In this document: piece after piece, positions 48,379 to 59,625 of the stretch | How positions within the stretch are numbered: position 1 is the stretch's first letter | How the letters are laid out: every line of letters begins with the position of its first letter | Assembly (NCBI GenBank): GCA_965223705.1 | Contig: OZ245015.1 | Coordinates: forward strand, 192,001-256,000 | Origin: Myxococcota bacterium | GTDB lineage: Bacteria > Myxococcota_A > UBA9160 > UBA6930 | Direction of reading: 5' to 3' | DNA length: 64,000 nucleotides | Notes under the pieces: model-generated | The model's input: the letters and a program-made list of their open reading frames with translations, nothing else | Told to the model about the DNA's origin: nothing | Databases searched by the model: none | Translations under genes and position numbers: made by a program

Positions 48379-50784
48379 ATGGCGCGTCGCAAAAACAGCC
48401 GGGGTCGCAAGAAGGCGAAGCGCAAGTCGTCGAAGAGGCGGGCGCGCATCGTGCGAGCCCTCCGCATCGCAGGGCTCGTCATCGTGGCGGTGGGGTTCAC
48501 GTCGGGCTTTCTGGCCGGCCGTTACCTGCTGACCCTCGATCGCGAGGTGCGGGCCCGGTTCGAGGGGCGTTTGTTCCGCGTGCCCTCCCGGGTGTATTCA
48601 GCGCCCACCGTCCTGTACCCAGGCCTCGAGACCGCGCGAACCGGCCTGCGGGACACGCTTACGCAGCTCGCCTACCGCGAACGCCCCGAGGGACAAGTCT
48701 ACGAGGCGGGCGAATTCAGCTGGTCTTCGGGGCGCCTTGTCCTCTATCGCCGGGCTTTCAGCCACCCGAGCCGCGCGGAGCCGCCGCGCGAAGTCGAGAT
48801 CCGCATCGCCGAGGGCGAGATCCAGGGGATCCGGGATCTCGAAAGCCACCGCGAAATCGGTGCCTTCGTGCTGGAACCGGTATCCGTCGGGGCGTATTTC
48901 GGACCGGATCGCGAGCAACGGGAGCTGGTGAGTCTTTCCGAAGTCCCCCGTCACTTGATCGACGCGGTCCTCGCCGTCGAAGACCAGCGCTTCCTCGAGC
49001 ACCCGGGCATCGACCTGCGCCGGGTGCTCGGCGCCGTCTTGGTCAACCTCCGCGCCGGCAAGATCCGGCAGGGCGCGAGCACGTTGACGCAACAGCTCGT
49101 CAAGAACTTCTTCCTCACGCCGGAGCGGAGCTTCAAGCGCAAGCTCAACGAAGCCGCGATGTCGCTCATCGTGGAGGCGCGCTACGACAAGGAAGCGATT
49201 CTCGAGAGTTATCTGAACGAGATCTACCTGGGGCAGCGCGGCGCGACGGCGGTGCACGGCGTCGGCGAGGCATCGCTCCACTACTTCGGAAAGACGCCCG
49301 ACAAGCTCCGCCTCGAGGAGTCGGCCCTCATCGCCGCGATTATCCAGAGTCCGAACGGTCTCTCTCCCTACCGCCAATCCGACGCGGCGAAGCGACGCCG
49401 GAACCTGGTCTTGCGGCTGATGTACGAACAGGCCCGCATCGACACGGATCAGTTGGCCGAGGCGAGCGCATCGGGTTTGGGGCTCGCGAAGCTGCGCCGG
49501 GATCCGCGGGAGGCGCGTTACTTCCTCGACATGCTGCGACGTCAGCTCCCGGAGTTCTACGACTCCGACGTGCTGACGTCCGAGGGTCTGCGCGTCTACG
49601 CAACCCTCGATCTGCGGATCCAGCGGATCGCCGCTCGCGTGCTCAGCGAAGAACTCGAAAGATTGGAGAAGGAGATTCCCGGAGCGGTAGGCGAAGGGAA
49701 ACCGCCCCTACAGGGGTGTCTCGTCGCACTTCGGCCGCAAACCGGCGAGGTGCTCGCCCTGGTCGGAGGGCGCTCCTACGCCGACTCTCAGTACGACCGT
49801 TGCACCCAAGCGCGCCGGCCGTCGGGAAGCGTGTTCAAACCGTTCGTCTATGTCGCCGCTCTGGAACCGTCGTCCGGCCGCCCGCTCATCACACTCGCAT
49901 CACATCTCGACGACGGGCCCTTCGAAATCAAGAGCGGCGGACGCGTCTGGCGACCGGCGAACTACGACCGCTCGTTTCGGGGGCGCGTCGACGTTCGCAG
50001 CGCGCTCGAGCAGTCCCTCAACGTCGCGACGGCGCGGCTCGGCAGCGAAGTGGGCATCGGTCACGTCATCGACGTCGCGAGGCGACTCGGCATCGAGAGT
50101 CCGCTCCCGAACGTTCCGAGCTTGTCGATCGGAACGGCCGACCTCGCGCCGATCGAGATCGCCCGCGCGTACGCCACACTCGCCAACGGGGGCATTCGGC
50201 CACAAATCCGAAGCTTCGAGGACATCGTCGAGCCTGGGGGTCGCACGCTGGCGCGGCAGACGATCGATTTCGAACGCGTTCTCGATGCGGGCACCGCGTT
50301 TCTCGCGACGTCCCTCCTGGAAGGCGTCGCGAATCGGGGCACCGCCGCACGTCTCCGCACCATGGGTATCGAAGGGCCCATCGCTGCGAAGACCGGAACG
50401 AGTGACGATGAACGGGACGCGTGGTTCGTCGGATTCACGCCGGAAATCGTCGCCGTCGTTTGGGTCGGTTTCGACGAACCGAAAAGCATCGGGTTGCCGG
50501 CGAGCCGCGCGGCCTTGCCAGTGTGGGGTCGCTTCATGAAGGAAGTCACCGGCGGGCGAGTCCGAGGCGCTTTCACGCCTCCTCCCGACATCGTGCATCT
50601 CGACGTCGATCCGGTGACCGGGCATCGCGCGGACATCGGATGCCCGCGCAGTCAGGGCGAGTTCTTCCTGCGAGGCACCGAGCCCACGGAGCGGTGTGGC
50701 GCGCCCGCTGTGCGACGCCCGCCCCGAGAACACGCTCCCAACTTGATCGAGCGTCTGTTTCGACGCTTCCTCGACCGGCTCTAG
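48379..50784 (+). CDS. mrcB: Bifunctional penicillin-binding protein 1B
   Basis: TM helix, UB2H-like segment, EDQRF..H, QGASTLTQQL, SVFK, SLN, KTG. Confidence 0.92.
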   Translation: MARRKNSRGRKKAKRKSSKRRARIVRALRIAGLVIVAVGFTSGFLAGRYLLTLDREVRARFEGRLFRVPSRVYSAPTVLYPGLETARTGLRDTLTQLAYRERPEGQVYEAGEFSWSSGRLVLYRRAFSHPSRAEPPREVEIRIAEGEIQGIRDLESHREIGAFVLEPVSVGAYFGPDREQRELVSLSEVPRHLIDAVLAVEDQRFLEHPGIDLRRVLGAVLVNLRAGKIRQGASTLTQQLVKNFFLTPERSFKRKLNEAAMSLIVEARYDKEAILESYLNEIYLGQRGATAVHGVGEASLHYFGKTPDKLRLEESALIAAIIQSPNGLSPYRQSDAAKRRRNLVLRLMYEQARIDTDQLAEASASGLGLAKLRRDPREARYFLDMLRRQLPEFYDSDVLTSEGLRVYATLDLRIQRIAARVLSEELERLEKEIPGAVGEGKPPLQGCLVALRPQTGEVLALVGGRSYADSQYDRCTQARRPSGSVFKPFVYVAALEPSSGRPLITLASHLDDGPFEIKSGGRVWRPANYDRSFRGRVDVRSALEQSLNVATARLGSEVGIGHVIDVARRLGIESPLPNVPSLSIGTADLAPIEIARAYATLANGGIRPQIRSFEDIVEPGGRTLARQTIDFERVLDAGTAFLATSLLEGVANRGTAARLRTMGIEGPIAAKTGTSDDERDAWFVGFTPEIVAVVWVGFDEPKSIGLPASRAALPVWGRFMKEVTGGRVRGAFTPPPDIVHLDVDPVTGHRADIGCPRSQGEFFLRGTEPTERCGAPAVRRPPREHAPNLIERLFRRFLDRL

Positions 50785-50794
50785 GAGAGACCGG

Positions 50795-51298
50795 GTGCGC
50801 GTTTGGGTCATCGCGATCGGTTTGTGGTTCTTCGTCGGGTGCGCCACGCGTCCGCTGGTGGTTCCCGAGCCGCCCCCGCCGCCGTTCAAGCTCTCACAAG
50901 TTGCGTCCCATGGGGACCCCGAGCGACGCGCGTCGCACCGGTTGGTACTTCGCGGGCTCGAGCACGACGAAGCGGGCGAACGCTCGTTGGCGCGGAGCCA
51001 ATACAAGCTCGCCGTGCAGATCGATCCGGGCAACCCGTACGCGTACCTCGCTTTTGCTCGCCACTACGCCGAAGGTCGCGAGCCCGCGCGCGCGCTTCCG
51101 TTCCTCGACAAACTCGACGGTCTCCTCGTCCTCGAGAACGCACCCCAAGGGGTGGAAGCCCACAGGATCGGTGTGCGGGGAAGCGCGCTTCGCGCCGTCG
51201 GCGACACGGCGGCTGCGCGCCCGCTCCTCGAGCGCGCGAAAGAACTCGCACCCGAGGTCTGGGGAGACGGTCACCTCTCCTCCGTCGAACTGCGCTAA
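50795..51298 (+). CDS. TPR lipoprotein, possible PBP1b activator (LpoP-like)
   Basis: Lipobox FVGC, Pro linker, TPR-like helices (AVQIDP.NP.AY); directly after mrcB. Confidence 0.6.
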   Translation: MRVWVIAIGLWFFVGCATRPLVVPEPPPPPFKLSQVASHGDPERRASHRLVLRGLEHDEAGERSLARSQYKLAVQIDPGNPYAYLAFARHYAEGREPARALPFLDKLDGLLVLENAPQGVEAHRIGVRGSALRAVGDTAAARPLLERAKELAPEVWGDGHLSSVELR

Positions 51299-51329
51299 CC
51301 GCTTGCCGTGTGATAGTTTTTCGCGACCG

Positions 51330-51851
51330 ATGACACCCAAGCTGCGCGTTTTCCTAGCGACCTTAGGCGTCGCCCTTCCCGCGGATTGGGCGTCGAAGTA
51401 CTGGATCGATCAGAACTTAAGTTACAGCGATCGCATTCCGGTGATCGACGGATTTTTCTACATCACCCACGTGCGGAACCCCGGCGCGGCGTTCGGCATG
51501 CTCGCCGACATGCCAGCGGTGTTTCGCGACGTGTTTTTCATCGCGGTGACGCTCGTCGCGGCCGTGCTTGTTTTCTCGTTCTTCCGAAACCTGGCCCCAG
51601 GGGACCGCTTTGCGGCACTCGCACTGAGTCTTGTTCTCGGCGGGGCGGTCGGGAATCTCGGCGACCGTCTCACCCGCGGTGAAGTGGTCGACTTTCTCCA
51701 CTTCCGATTGATCGGTGGCTACACCTGGCCGGACTTCAACTTCGCGGATTCGTTTATCGTGGTAGGGGTCGCCATGCTCGTGCTCGAACTCGTCGCGAGC
51801 GAGGGTGAAGAGAGCGCGGAAGCGCCGCGTGATCCTCCTCTCTCGGGCTGA
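51330..51851 (+). CDS. lspA: Lipoprotein signal peptidase II
   Basis: NPGAAFG, GAVGNLGDR, VVDF, FNFADS. Confidence 0.95.
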   Translation: MTPKLRVFLATLGVALPADWASKYWIDQNLSYSDRIPVIDGFFYITHVRNPGAAFGMLADMPAVFRDVFFIAVTLVAAVLVFSFFRNLAPGDRFAALALSLVLGGAVGNLGDRLTRGEVVDFLHFRLIGGYTWPDFNFADSFIVVGVAMLVLELVASEGEESAEAPRDPPLSG

Positions 51852-51886
51852 CGCACTTTAGTGTAACTCTGCGAGGGCCGGTGTTT

Positions 51887-51907
51887 TTTTCGCACAAATT
51901 GCGAAAA
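51887..51907. promoter_or_regulatory. Inverted repeat, candidate operator
   Basis: TTTTCGCA-CAAAT-TGCGAAAA just upstream of TTGACA (51913-51918). Confidence 0.5.
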
Positions 51908-51953
51908 GCGCGTTGACACTCTGCGCTCGTTACCGATAGAAGAACGGAAGGGT

Positions 51954-52604
51954 ATGAAGTTTTTTATCGACACGGCCAACGTCTCTGAAATTCGCGAAGC
52001 TTCGGATTTCGGTCTCCTCGACGGCGTGACGACGAACCCCACCCTGCTCTCGAAGGAAAGCGGCGAACCCACCGCCATCCTGCGAGAGATCACGAAGATC
52101 GTCGACGGCCCGGTCAGTGCCGAGGTCACAGCACTCGATGCCGGCGGCATGGTCGAAGAAGGTCTCGCGCTTCGCAAAATCGCCGAGAACATCGTGGTCA
52201 AGGTCCCGATGACCCTCGAGGGCCTGAAGGCGATCCAACAATTTTCGAAACAGGGCGTCCCGACGAACTGCACGCTGATCTTCAACGCGGTGCAGGCCCT
52301 GATGGCGGCGAAGGCCGGAGCCACGTTTGCTTCGCCCTTCGTCGGCCGACTCGACGACATCTCAACGGATGGCATGGAGCTGATCGACCAGATCTGCACC
52401 ATCTACCGGAACTACGGCTTCGCCACCGAAGTCCTCGTCGCCAGCGTGCGACATCCGGTTCATGTCGTCCAAGCGGGCATGCTGGGGGCGCACGTCGCCA
52501 CGCTGCCCGCCAAGGTGCTGAAGCAGCTCGCGGCCCATCCTCTGACCGATATCGGTCTCGAGCGCTTTCTCTCTGACTGGGAGCAGGTAAAAAACCGCTC
52601 ATAA
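51954..52604 (+). CDS. tal: Transaldolase (short TalC/FSA-type)
   Basis: DTA, GVTTNP, SAEV (Glu) and SPFVGR (Phe) are transaldolase-type residues. Confidence 0.92.
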   Translation: MKFFIDTANVSEIREASDFGLLDGVTTNPTLLSKESGEPTAILREITKIVDGPVSAEVTALDAGGMVEEGLALRKIAENIVVKVPMTLEGLKAIQQFSKQGVPTNCTLIFNAVQALMAAKAGATFASPFVGRLDDISTDGMELIDQICTIYRNYGFATEVLVASVRHPVHVVQAGMLGAHVATLPAKVLKQLAAHPLTDIGLERFLSDWEQVKNRS

Positions 52605-52648
52605 ACCATCGAACTTGACGACGGCTCGGCCCGTGTGGACCCCCCTGC

Positions 52649-53440
52649 ATGAAGCGACCGAAAAGCGATTACGTGATTCAGACCGTGAGCAACGCGCTGC
52701 GCTTGCTCGAATCTTTCCGCGACGACGAGGAGCTCGGTGTCACCGAGCTCTCGAAGCGGCTCGAGCTCCATAAAAACAATGTGTTCAGGCTCTTGGCCAC
52801 GCTCGAAGAGCGTGGCTACATCGAACAGTGCGGGAAGACCGATCGCTATCGGCTCGGGCCGCGTTGTCTCGAATTGGGACGCGCATTCGCGAAGACCCGC
52901 AGTCTCCTGCGGCACGCGCGAGCGGTCCTCGAATCGTTGGCCGAAGACGTGGGCGAGACGGCTCACCTGGCGAACCTCCAAGAACTCGAAGTCCTCCATC
53001 TCGACTCCCAACCCGGTACCGGCCTGGTGGTGGCCGGCGAACGCGTCGGCCAGCGCCTGCCCGCGCATTGCACGGCACTCGGCAAGGTGCTCCTCGGCAT
53101 GGGCACGCGGGAGCTGCGAGAGCGCTTCGATCGCAGCGTCGCTCAGTCGGATGGGCTGGCGGGCCGAACCGCTTTTTCCATCACCGACCGCGACAAGTTC
53201 TTCGAGCATCTTCGGGGTGTTGCGAGCGAAGAAATCGCCATCGACTTCGAAGAATGCGAGTTGGGGCTCGCCTGTATCGCCGCGCCGGTGTTCGATGCCA
53301 GCGGGCTCGTGGTCGCGGCCCTCAGCGTTTCGGGCCCCTCCGTTCGCCTCACCGAGTCCGTACTGCGGACCGATCTCGCGGGCCCCCTCCGCGCTGCGGC
53401 GGAGGAGCTATCCCGCCGGCTCGGTCAGCCGCAGCTGTAG
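52649..53440 (+). CDS. IclR-family transcriptional regulator
   Basis: N-terminal wHTH (GVTELSKRL), PAHCTALGK, CIAAPV. Confidence 0.93.
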   Translation: MKRPKSDYVIQTVSNALRLLESFRDDEELGVTELSKRLELHKNNVFRLLATLEERGYIEQCGKTDRYRLGPRCLELGRAFAKTRSLLRHARAVLESLAEDVGETAHLANLQELEVLHLDSQPGTGLVVAGERVGQRLPAHCTALGKVLLGMGTRELRERFDRSVAQSDGLAGRTAFSITDRDKFFEHLRGVASEEIAIDFEECELGLACIAAPVFDASGLVVAALSVSGPSVRLTESVLRTDLAGPLRAAAEELSRRLGQPQL

Positions 53441-53452
53441 CTCCAGGGCGGA

Positions 53453-53481
53453 TTGCCCGGCAATCGCGCCTTCCCTAGCCT
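53453..53481 (+). promoter_or_regulatory. sigma70-type promoter with leaderless geometry
   Basis: TTGCCC-N17-TAGCCT-N6-ATG, same hexamers as at 30196. Confidence 0.6.
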
Positions 53482-53487
53482 CGCAGC

Positions 53488-54627
53488 ATGGACTTTCAGC
53501 TTTCCGACGAGCAGCTGGCCCTTCGCGAGACGGCACACCGCTTCGCCGAAGAAGAAATCGCGCCGGTCGCAGCCGAGTTTGACGAGCAGGAGAAGTTTCC
53601 GCGGGATCTGATTGAGAAAGCTTGGCACCTCGGCCTGATGAACTTGTGCATTCCCGAGGCCTATGGAGGCGTGGGTCTCGGCATGCACGACGCGTGTCTC
53701 GTCTACGAGGAGGTCGCGTGGGGATGCGGGGGTGTCGGCACCTCCACCATGGTGAACGACCTCGGCTTGTTGCCGATTCGCGTCGGCGGCAGCGAAGACC
53801 AGAAGAAGGAGTGGTTCAGCTACCTCCTGTCGGATTTCTCCCTGATCTCGTTCTGCTTATCGGAGCCGGAAGCGGGCTCCGACGTGGCGGGGATGCAACT
53901 GGCCGTCGAAAAGGACGGCGAGAGCTACATCTTGAACGGGACCAAGTGCTGGATCACGAACGGCGGCGAAGCGGATTGCTACACCGTCTTCGGAAGCCTC
54001 GACCGCTCGAGCCGGCACAAAGGCATCTGTGCGTTCGTGCTTCCGTCGGACTTGCCCGGCATCACCAAGGGCAAGAAGGAAGAAAAGCTCGGCCATCGGG
54101 CCAGCGACACGCGGGTGATTCATTTCGACAACGTGCGCGTTCCGGCGGCGAATCGCCTCGGCGAAGAGGGCGAGGGCTTTCGCATCGCGATGCAGACCCT
54201 CGATACGAGCCGGCCGGGCATCGCCGCGTTGGCCAATGGGATCGCGCAGCGGGCGCTCGACGAATCCACCGCGTACGCCAAGGAGCGCAAGGCGTTCGGT
54301 GGCACCATCGCCGACTTTCAAGCCGTGCAGTTCATGCTGGCCGACATGGCGAAAGATCTCGAGGCTTCCCGGCTGCTCACCCAACAGAGCGCCTGGATGG
54401 TGGACCAGGGCATGAACGCGTCGAAGTACTCCTCCTTCGCGAAGTGCTTCGCGACCGATGCCTGTATGAAGGCCACGATTGACGCGGTTCAGATTTTCGG
54501 GGGCAATGGCTACACTCGCGAGTACCCGGTAGAAAAGCTGATGCGGGACGCGAAGCTGATGCAGATCTACGAGGGCACGAACCAGATTCAGCGGGTCGTG
54601 ATCGCTCGGGAGCTGCTCAAGGGCTAG
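53488..54627 (+). CDS. Acyl-CoA dehydrogenase
   Basis: [36 protein letters not shown]. Confidence 0.95.
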   Translation: MDFQLSDEQLALRETAHRFAEEEIAPVAAEFDEQEKFPRDLIEKAWHLGLMNLCIPEAYGGVGLGMHDACLVYEEVAWGCGGVGTSTMVNDLGLLPIRVGGSEDQKKEWFSYLLSDFSLISFCLSEPEAGSDVAGMQLAVEKDGESYILNGTKCWITNGGEADCYTVFGSLDRSSRHKGICAFVLPSDLPGITKGKKEEKLGHRASDTRVIHFDNVRVPAANRLGEEGEGFRIAMQTLDTSRPGIAALANGIAQRALDESTAYAKERKAFGGTIADFQAVQFMLADMAKDLEASRLLTQQSAWMVDQGMNASKYSSFAKCFATDACMKATIDAVQIFGGNGYTREYPVEKLMRDAKLMQIYEGTNQIQRVVIARELLKG

Positions 54628-54718
54628 TACACCCCCACGGGGTGGTCTGATACAATCCGCGACCCGGCGCCGCGCGGGCGAAACCGCCCGGCCCATTTCG
54701 CGAACTCCGAGGACCCCC

Positions 54719-56005
54719 GTGACTTCGAGAAAAGAGGCCCTCGCCTACCACGCCGATGGCCGCCCTGGGAAACTGTCGGTCGAACCGACGAAGCCCACGG
54801 CGACGCAAAACGACCTTGCGCTGGCCTACAGCCCAGGCGTCGCTGAACCCTGCCGGGAAATCGCGAAGCACCCGGAGGACGCCTATCGCTATACGGCGAA
54901 AGGCAACCTCGTCGCGGTCATTTCGAATGGGACCGCGGTACTCGGGCTCGGAAACATCGGAGCGCTGGCCGGGAAGCCCGTAATGGAAGGCAAGGGCGTC
55001 TTGTTCAAAGCGTTCGCCGACATTGATGTGTTCGACATCGAGATCGACAGCGAAGACCCGGAAGAGGTGATCCGGACGGTGCAGCTCATCGCGCCGACGT
55101 TCGGGGGCATCAACCTCGAGGACATCCGAGCCCCGGATTGCTTTGAGATCGAGCGGCGCCTGAAGGAGAGCGTCGACATCCCGGTGTTCCACGACGATCA
55201 GCACGGAACCGCCATCATTTGCGCGGCAGCGTTGTTGAACGCGCTGGAGCTCACCGGTCGGCGGCCCGAAGAGGCGCGCGTCGTTTTCTCCGGTGCGGGC
55301 GCAGCGTCGCTCTCGTGCGCGAGATTGTTCTGCGACTTCGGCGTACGCCGCGAGAACGTCTTGATGACGGACCGCCGGGGTGTGATTCACCGCGAGCGCT
55401 TGTCCGAGCTGAATGAGTACAAGCGAGAGTTCGCCGCGGACACGGAGCGGCGCTCTTTGGCCGACGCTCTCGTCGACGCCGACGTCTTCGTCGGGCTGTC
55501 GCAGGCCGGACTCGTCACCCGAGACATGGTGCGCAGCATGGCGCCCCGCCCCATCATCTTCGCGATGGCGAACCCCGACCCCGAGATTTCCCCCGACGAC
55601 GTCGCATCTGTGCGCGACGACGCGATCATGGCGACCGGGAGGTCGGACTATCCGAATCAAGTCAACAACGTCTTGGGGTTCCCGTTTATCTTTCGCGGTG
55701 CACTCGACGTGCACGCGACCGGAATCAACGAAGAGATGAAGCGGGCGGCGACGACGGCTCTGGCCGAACTCGCGAGAAGCGACGAAGCGATACCCGAGGT
55801 CGTCAAGCGGGCGTACCCGAACCGCTCACTTCGCTTCGGCCCGGACTACATCATTCCCACTCCGTTTGATCCGCGCGCGCTCCTCCGGGTGGCGCCCGCA
55901 GTCGCACAAGCCGCCATGGATACCGGCGTGGCGCGCCGAACCATCGAGCTCTCCGCATATCGAGAGAAGCTCGAACAAACCGTCGAAGCTTTGGCGTCGC
56001 GGTAA
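54719..56005 (+). CDS. Malic enzyme (MaeB-type ME domain, no PTA domain)
   Basis: [44 protein letters not shown] extended -10 at 54648-54656. Confidence 0.92.
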   Translation: MTSRKEALAYHADGRPGKLSVEPTKPTATQNDLALAYSPGVAEPCREIAKHPEDAYRYTAKGNLVAVISNGTAVLGLGNIGALAGKPVMEGKGVLFKAFADIDVFDIEIDSEDPEEVIRTVQLIAPTFGGINLEDIRAPDCFEIERRLKESVDIPVFHDDQHGTAIICAAALLNALELTGRRPEEARVVFSGAGAASLSCARLFCDFGVRRENVLMTDRRGVIHRERLSELNEYKREFAADTERRSLADALVDADVFVGLSQAGLVTRDMVRSMAPRPIIFAMANPDPEISPDDVASVRDDAIMATGRSDYPNQVNNVLGFPFIFRGALDVHATGINEEMKRAATTALAELARSDEAIPEVVKRAYPNRSLRFGPDYIIPTPFDPRALLRVAPAVAQAAMDTGVARRTIELSAYREKLEQTVEALASR

Positions 56006-56022
56006 CCAGAAGAGAGAGCAAC

Positions 56023-57573
56023 ATGTCGATCGAGGAGCGAATCAAGCGGCTCGAAGAGCTCTCGGCCACGGCCGAGCAGGGCGGAGGCGCCGCCCGAATC
56101 GAGCGTCAACACGAGAGCGGGAGAATGACCGCGCGCGAGCGAATCGAGCTGTTGCTCGATCCTGGTAGTTTTTCCGAGATCGACAAGTTCGTCGTCCATC
56201 GCTGCAACGACTTCGGAATGGAGAAGAACCGGATACCCGGCGACGGCGTGGTCACCGGCTCCGGCCGGATCGACGGGCGCACGGTGTTCTTGTTCGCACA
56301 GGATTTTACCGTGTTCGGTGGAAGCCTCTCGGCGACGTTTGCCGAAAAGATCTGCAAGGTCATGGATCTCGCCGCGAAGGTCGGAGCACCATTTATCGGC
56401 CTCAACGACGGAGCGGGGGCGCGCATCCAAGAAGGTGTGGCTTCCCTCGCGGGCTACGGCTCGGTCTTCTACCGGAACGTGATGTCTTCGGCGGTGGTCC
56501 CGCAGATTTCGGCAATCATGGGACCGTGCGCCGGCGGCGCCGTCTATTCGCCCGCAATGACCGACTTCATCATCATGGTGAAGAACACGAGCAATATGTT
56601 CATCACCGGTCCCGACGTCGTGAAGACCGTGACCCACGAAGAGGTGAGCGCCGAAGACCTCGGGGGTGCGAACACCCACGCCACCAAGAGCGGCGTGTGC
56701 GCGTTCGCCGCCGGTTCCGAGCAGGAAGCGATCGGGACGATCCGCAAACTCCTCTCGTACTTGCCGGCCAACAACCTCGAGGATCCGCCGTTTCTCGAGA
56801 CCGACGACGATCCGCACCGAATGGAATCCGCGCTCCACGCCTTGGTGCCGGACAATCCGAACAAGCCCTACGACATGCGCGAGCTGATCAAGATGGTGGT
56901 CGATGACGGTGACTTCCTCGAAGTCCACGCGCAGTGGGCCCGGAACATCGTGGTCGGCTTTGCACGCTTTGGCGGCCGAGCCGTGGGTGTTGTCGCAAAC
57001 CAGCCAGCGCATCTCGCGGGTTGTCTCGACATCGACAGCTCGAGGAAGGGCGCCCGATTCGTGCGCTTCTGCGATGCGTTCAATATCCCGCTAGTCACGT
57101 TCGTGGACGTTCCGGGCTTTCTCCCCGGAACGGATCAAGAGTACGACGGCATCATTACGCACGGATCGAAACTCCTCTACGCCTTCTGCGAAGCGACGGT
57201 TCCGCGTATCTCGGTTGCCACGCGAAAAGCGTACGGCGGTGCGTACGTCGTCATGAACAGCCGGAGCGTCGGTGCCGATATGTATTTCGCGTACCCGACG
57301 TCGGAGTTCGCCGTGATGGGTCCGGACGGTGCGGTGAACATCGTCTTCCGCAAGGAGCTGGCCGACGCCGACGACGCGGTCGCGAGGAAGGAAGAGCTCG
57401 TCGAGGACTATCGCGAGAAGTTCGCGAACCCGTTCAAAGCGGCGGAGCTCGGGTTGGTCGACGAAGTCATCCGGCCCGAAGAGACGCGCCCGAAAATCAT
57501 TCAAGCCCTCAACTTGCTCGCAAACAAACGGGCGGAAAATCCGCCCAAGAAACACGGCAACGTCCCGCTCTAA
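56023..57573 (+). CDS. pccB: Propionyl/acyl-CoA carboxylase carboxyltransferase subunit
   Basis: [42 protein letters not shown]. Confidence 0.92.
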   Translation: MSIEERIKRLEELSATAEQGGGAARIERQHESGRMTARERIELLLDPGSFSEIDKFVVHRCNDFGMEKNRIPGDGVVTGSGRIDGRTVFLFAQDFTVFGGSLSATFAEKICKVMDLAAKVGAPFIGLNDGAGARIQEGVASLAGYGSVFYRNVMSSAVVPQISAIMGPCAGGAVYSPAMTDFIIMVKNTSNMFITGPDVVKTVTHEEVSAEDLGGANTHATKSGVCAFAAGSEQEAIGTIRKLLSYLPANNLEDPPFLETDDDPHRMESALHALVPDNPNKPYDMRELIKMVVDDGDFLEVHAQWARNIVVGFARFGGRAVGVVANQPAHLAGCLDIDSSRKGARFVRFCDAFNIPLVTFVDVPGFLPGTDQEYDGIITHGSKLLYAFCEATVPRISVATRKAYGGAYVVMNSRSVGADMYFAYPTSEFAVMGPDGAVNIVFRKELADADDAVARKEELVEDYREKFANPFKAAELGLVDEVIRPEETRPKIIQALNLLANKRAENPPKKHGNVPL

Positions 57574-57583
57574 GAGGCTACTC

Positions 57584-59110
57584 ATGTTTTCCAAGGTGCT
57601 CATTGCCAACCGCGGGGAAATCGCGGTCCGTGTGATTCGGGCTTGCCGCGAGCTCGACGTAAAAACCGTCGCGGTGTACTCGGACGTCGATCGCGACGCA
57701 CTCCACGTCCGGCTGGCCGACGAGGCGTACCACTGCGGGGCGCCCCCGGCCGCGGAGTCCTACCTACGTGTCGATCGCATTCTCGAGATCGCACGCGAGT
57801 CGGGCGCCGAAGCGATTCACCCGGGATACGGGTTCCTCTCGGAGAACGGCGACTTTGCCGAGCGCTGCGCCGAAGAGGGGATCGTCTTCATCGGCCCGGC
57901 CGGGTCCGTGATGCGTCAGATGGGCGACAAGGTAACCGCCCGACAAACGATGGAGAAAGCGAACGTTCCCATCGTCCCGGGAACGACCGAACGGCTCACC
58001 GACGAAGAGGCGAAGCAGTGGATGGAGAAGATCGGCTTGCCGGTGATGGTGAAGGCAAGCGCCGGCGGGGGCGGCAAGGGGATGCGTCTCGTCCGCGAGG
58101 CGAAGGAAATTGATCAAGCGCTCCAGCGCGCTCGGAGCGAGGCGAAGGCCTCGTTCGGCGACGACTCGCTCTATATCGAGAAGTTTGTCGAGGAACCGCG
58201 GCACGTCGAGATTCAGATTCTCGCGGATACCCACGGCAACGTGGTCCACTTGTTCGAGCGGGAGTGCTCCATTCAGCGGCGCCATCAGAAAGTGATCGAG
58301 GAAGCTCCGGCCAACCGCATGACCGAGGACCTCCGCGCCCGGATGGGCGAGGCGGCAGTGGCCGCCGCCAAGGCGGTCGGCTACCAGGGAGCGGGCACCT
58401 GCGAGTTCCTCGTCGACGCGAAAGGCGATTTCTACTTCCTCGAAATGAACACGCGTGTACAGGTGGAGCACGCGATCACCGAGGCGATCACCGGTATCGA
58501 CATCGTGAAGACGATGATCGCGACGGCATCGGGGGAGCCCTTGCCGTTTCGGCAGGAAGATCTCGCGATTCGCGGCCACGCGTTCGAAGCGCGGATCTAC
58601 GCGGAGGACCCGGACAAGAATTTCGTGCCGTCGCCGGGGGAGATCACGGTCTATCGCCCTCCCGACGGGATCGGGGTCCGCGTCGACGGGGGCGTGTACC
58701 AGGGGGCGACGGTGACTGTGAACTACGATCCCATGGTCGCGAAGCTCGTCGTCTGGGGCGCGACGCGACAGGAATCGATCGATCGGTTGCGACGCGCGTT
58801 GCAGGAGTTCGTGGTCAAGGGCATCAAGACTTCGATTCCGTTCCACTTGAAAGTGTTGCGGCACGAGAAGTTCATCGAGGGGCACTACGACACCGGCTTT
58901 ATCGACGACCACATGGCCGGCGGCAAAGGTGCACCCGAAGAGCCCGGCGAAGAGCGGCAGACCGCCCAGGCGCTGGCGGCGATTGCCGCGTTCCGCCGGG
59001 ACAAAGAGCGCGCCGAGCGCGTGTCCTCTTCCGGGGCGAATGCGTCGGCTGGCACTGCAGCTCCGTGGAAAGAATTTGGGCGCCGTCGCCAGATGGGGAG
59101 GCTGTCGTGA
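57584..59110 (+). CDS. accC: Biotin carboxylase subunit
   Basis: IANRGEIA, HPGYGFLSEN, GGGGKGMR, ERECSIQRRHQK, EMNTRVQVEH. Confidence 0.93.
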   Translation: MFSKVLIANRGEIAVRVIRACRELDVKTVAVYSDVDRDALHVRLADEAYHCGAPPAAESYLRVDRILEIARESGAEAIHPGYGFLSENGDFAERCAEEGIVFIGPAGSVMRQMGDKVTARQTMEKANVPIVPGTTERLTDEEAKQWMEKIGLPVMVKASAGGGGKGMRLVREAKEIDQALQRARSEAKASFGDDSLYIEKFVEEPRHVEIQILADTHGNVVHLFERECSIQRRHQKVIEEAPANRMTEDLRARMGEAAVAAAKAVGYQGAGTCEFLVDAKGDFYFLEMNTRVQVEHAITEAITGIDIVKTMIATASGEPLPFRQEDLAIRGHAFEARIYAEDPDKNFVPSPGEITVYRPPDGIGVRVDGGVYQGATVTVNYDPMVAKLVVWGATRQESIDRLRRALQEFVVKGIKTSIPFHLKVLRHEKFIEGHYDTGFIDDHMAGGKGAPEEPGEERQTAQALAAIAAFRRDKERAERVSSSGANASAGTAAPWKEFGRRRQMGRLS

Positions 59111-59625
59111 TTTACGAAGTTCGCGAAGGGAAAGAGAGCGCCCGGGTCGAGCTCCGCGAGACCGGCGAGAACAGCTACGAGGTCCTCATCGACGGGAAAG
59201 CGGTCCACGTCGACGTCACGAAGAGCGCGCGGACGATCTATTCCGTCATCGAGGACGGCCGGCAGTACGAGGCGATGGTCGACGAACGCAAAGGCGACCG
59301 GTTGGACGTCACCGTGGGCGGAAGGATGTTCCACTTCGACGTCGTCGACGAACGAACGCGCATGCTGGCGGAAGCCGGTGGTGGCGCCCTCAGCGGCCCG
59401 CAGACGATCGCCGCAGACATGCCGGGGAAGATCGTCAAGATCGATGCGCAGGCCGGGCAGGCGGTCACCGAGGGTGAGGTCATTCTGATTATCGAGGCGA
59501 TGAAGATGGAGAATCCCATCGCATCGCCGATCGACGGCGTGGTGACAGCGATCGATGTGAGCGAAGGGGACGCCGTCGAGGGGGGCGCGACGCTGTTTAC
59601 CGTTGAGCCGGCGGCAGAGTCTTAG
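59107..59625 (+). CDS. Biotin carboxyl carrier subunit
   Basis: MPGKIV..EAMKMEN; GTGA overlap with previous gene. Confidence 0.92.
   Translation: MIYEVREGKESARVELRETGENSYEVLIDGKAVHVDVTKSARTIYSVIEDGRQYEAMVDERKGDRLDVTVGGRMFHFDVVDERTRMLAEAGGGALSGPQTIAADMPGKIVKIDAQAGQAVTEGEVILIIEAMKMENPIASPIDGVVTAIDVSEGDAVEGGATLFTVEPAAES

Noticed and set aside
59597..59625. 29 bp convergent overlap of tatC and the biotin carrier gene as a frameshift
   Set aside because: Both proteins look complete, and short convergent overlaps also occur at 26900 and 44191
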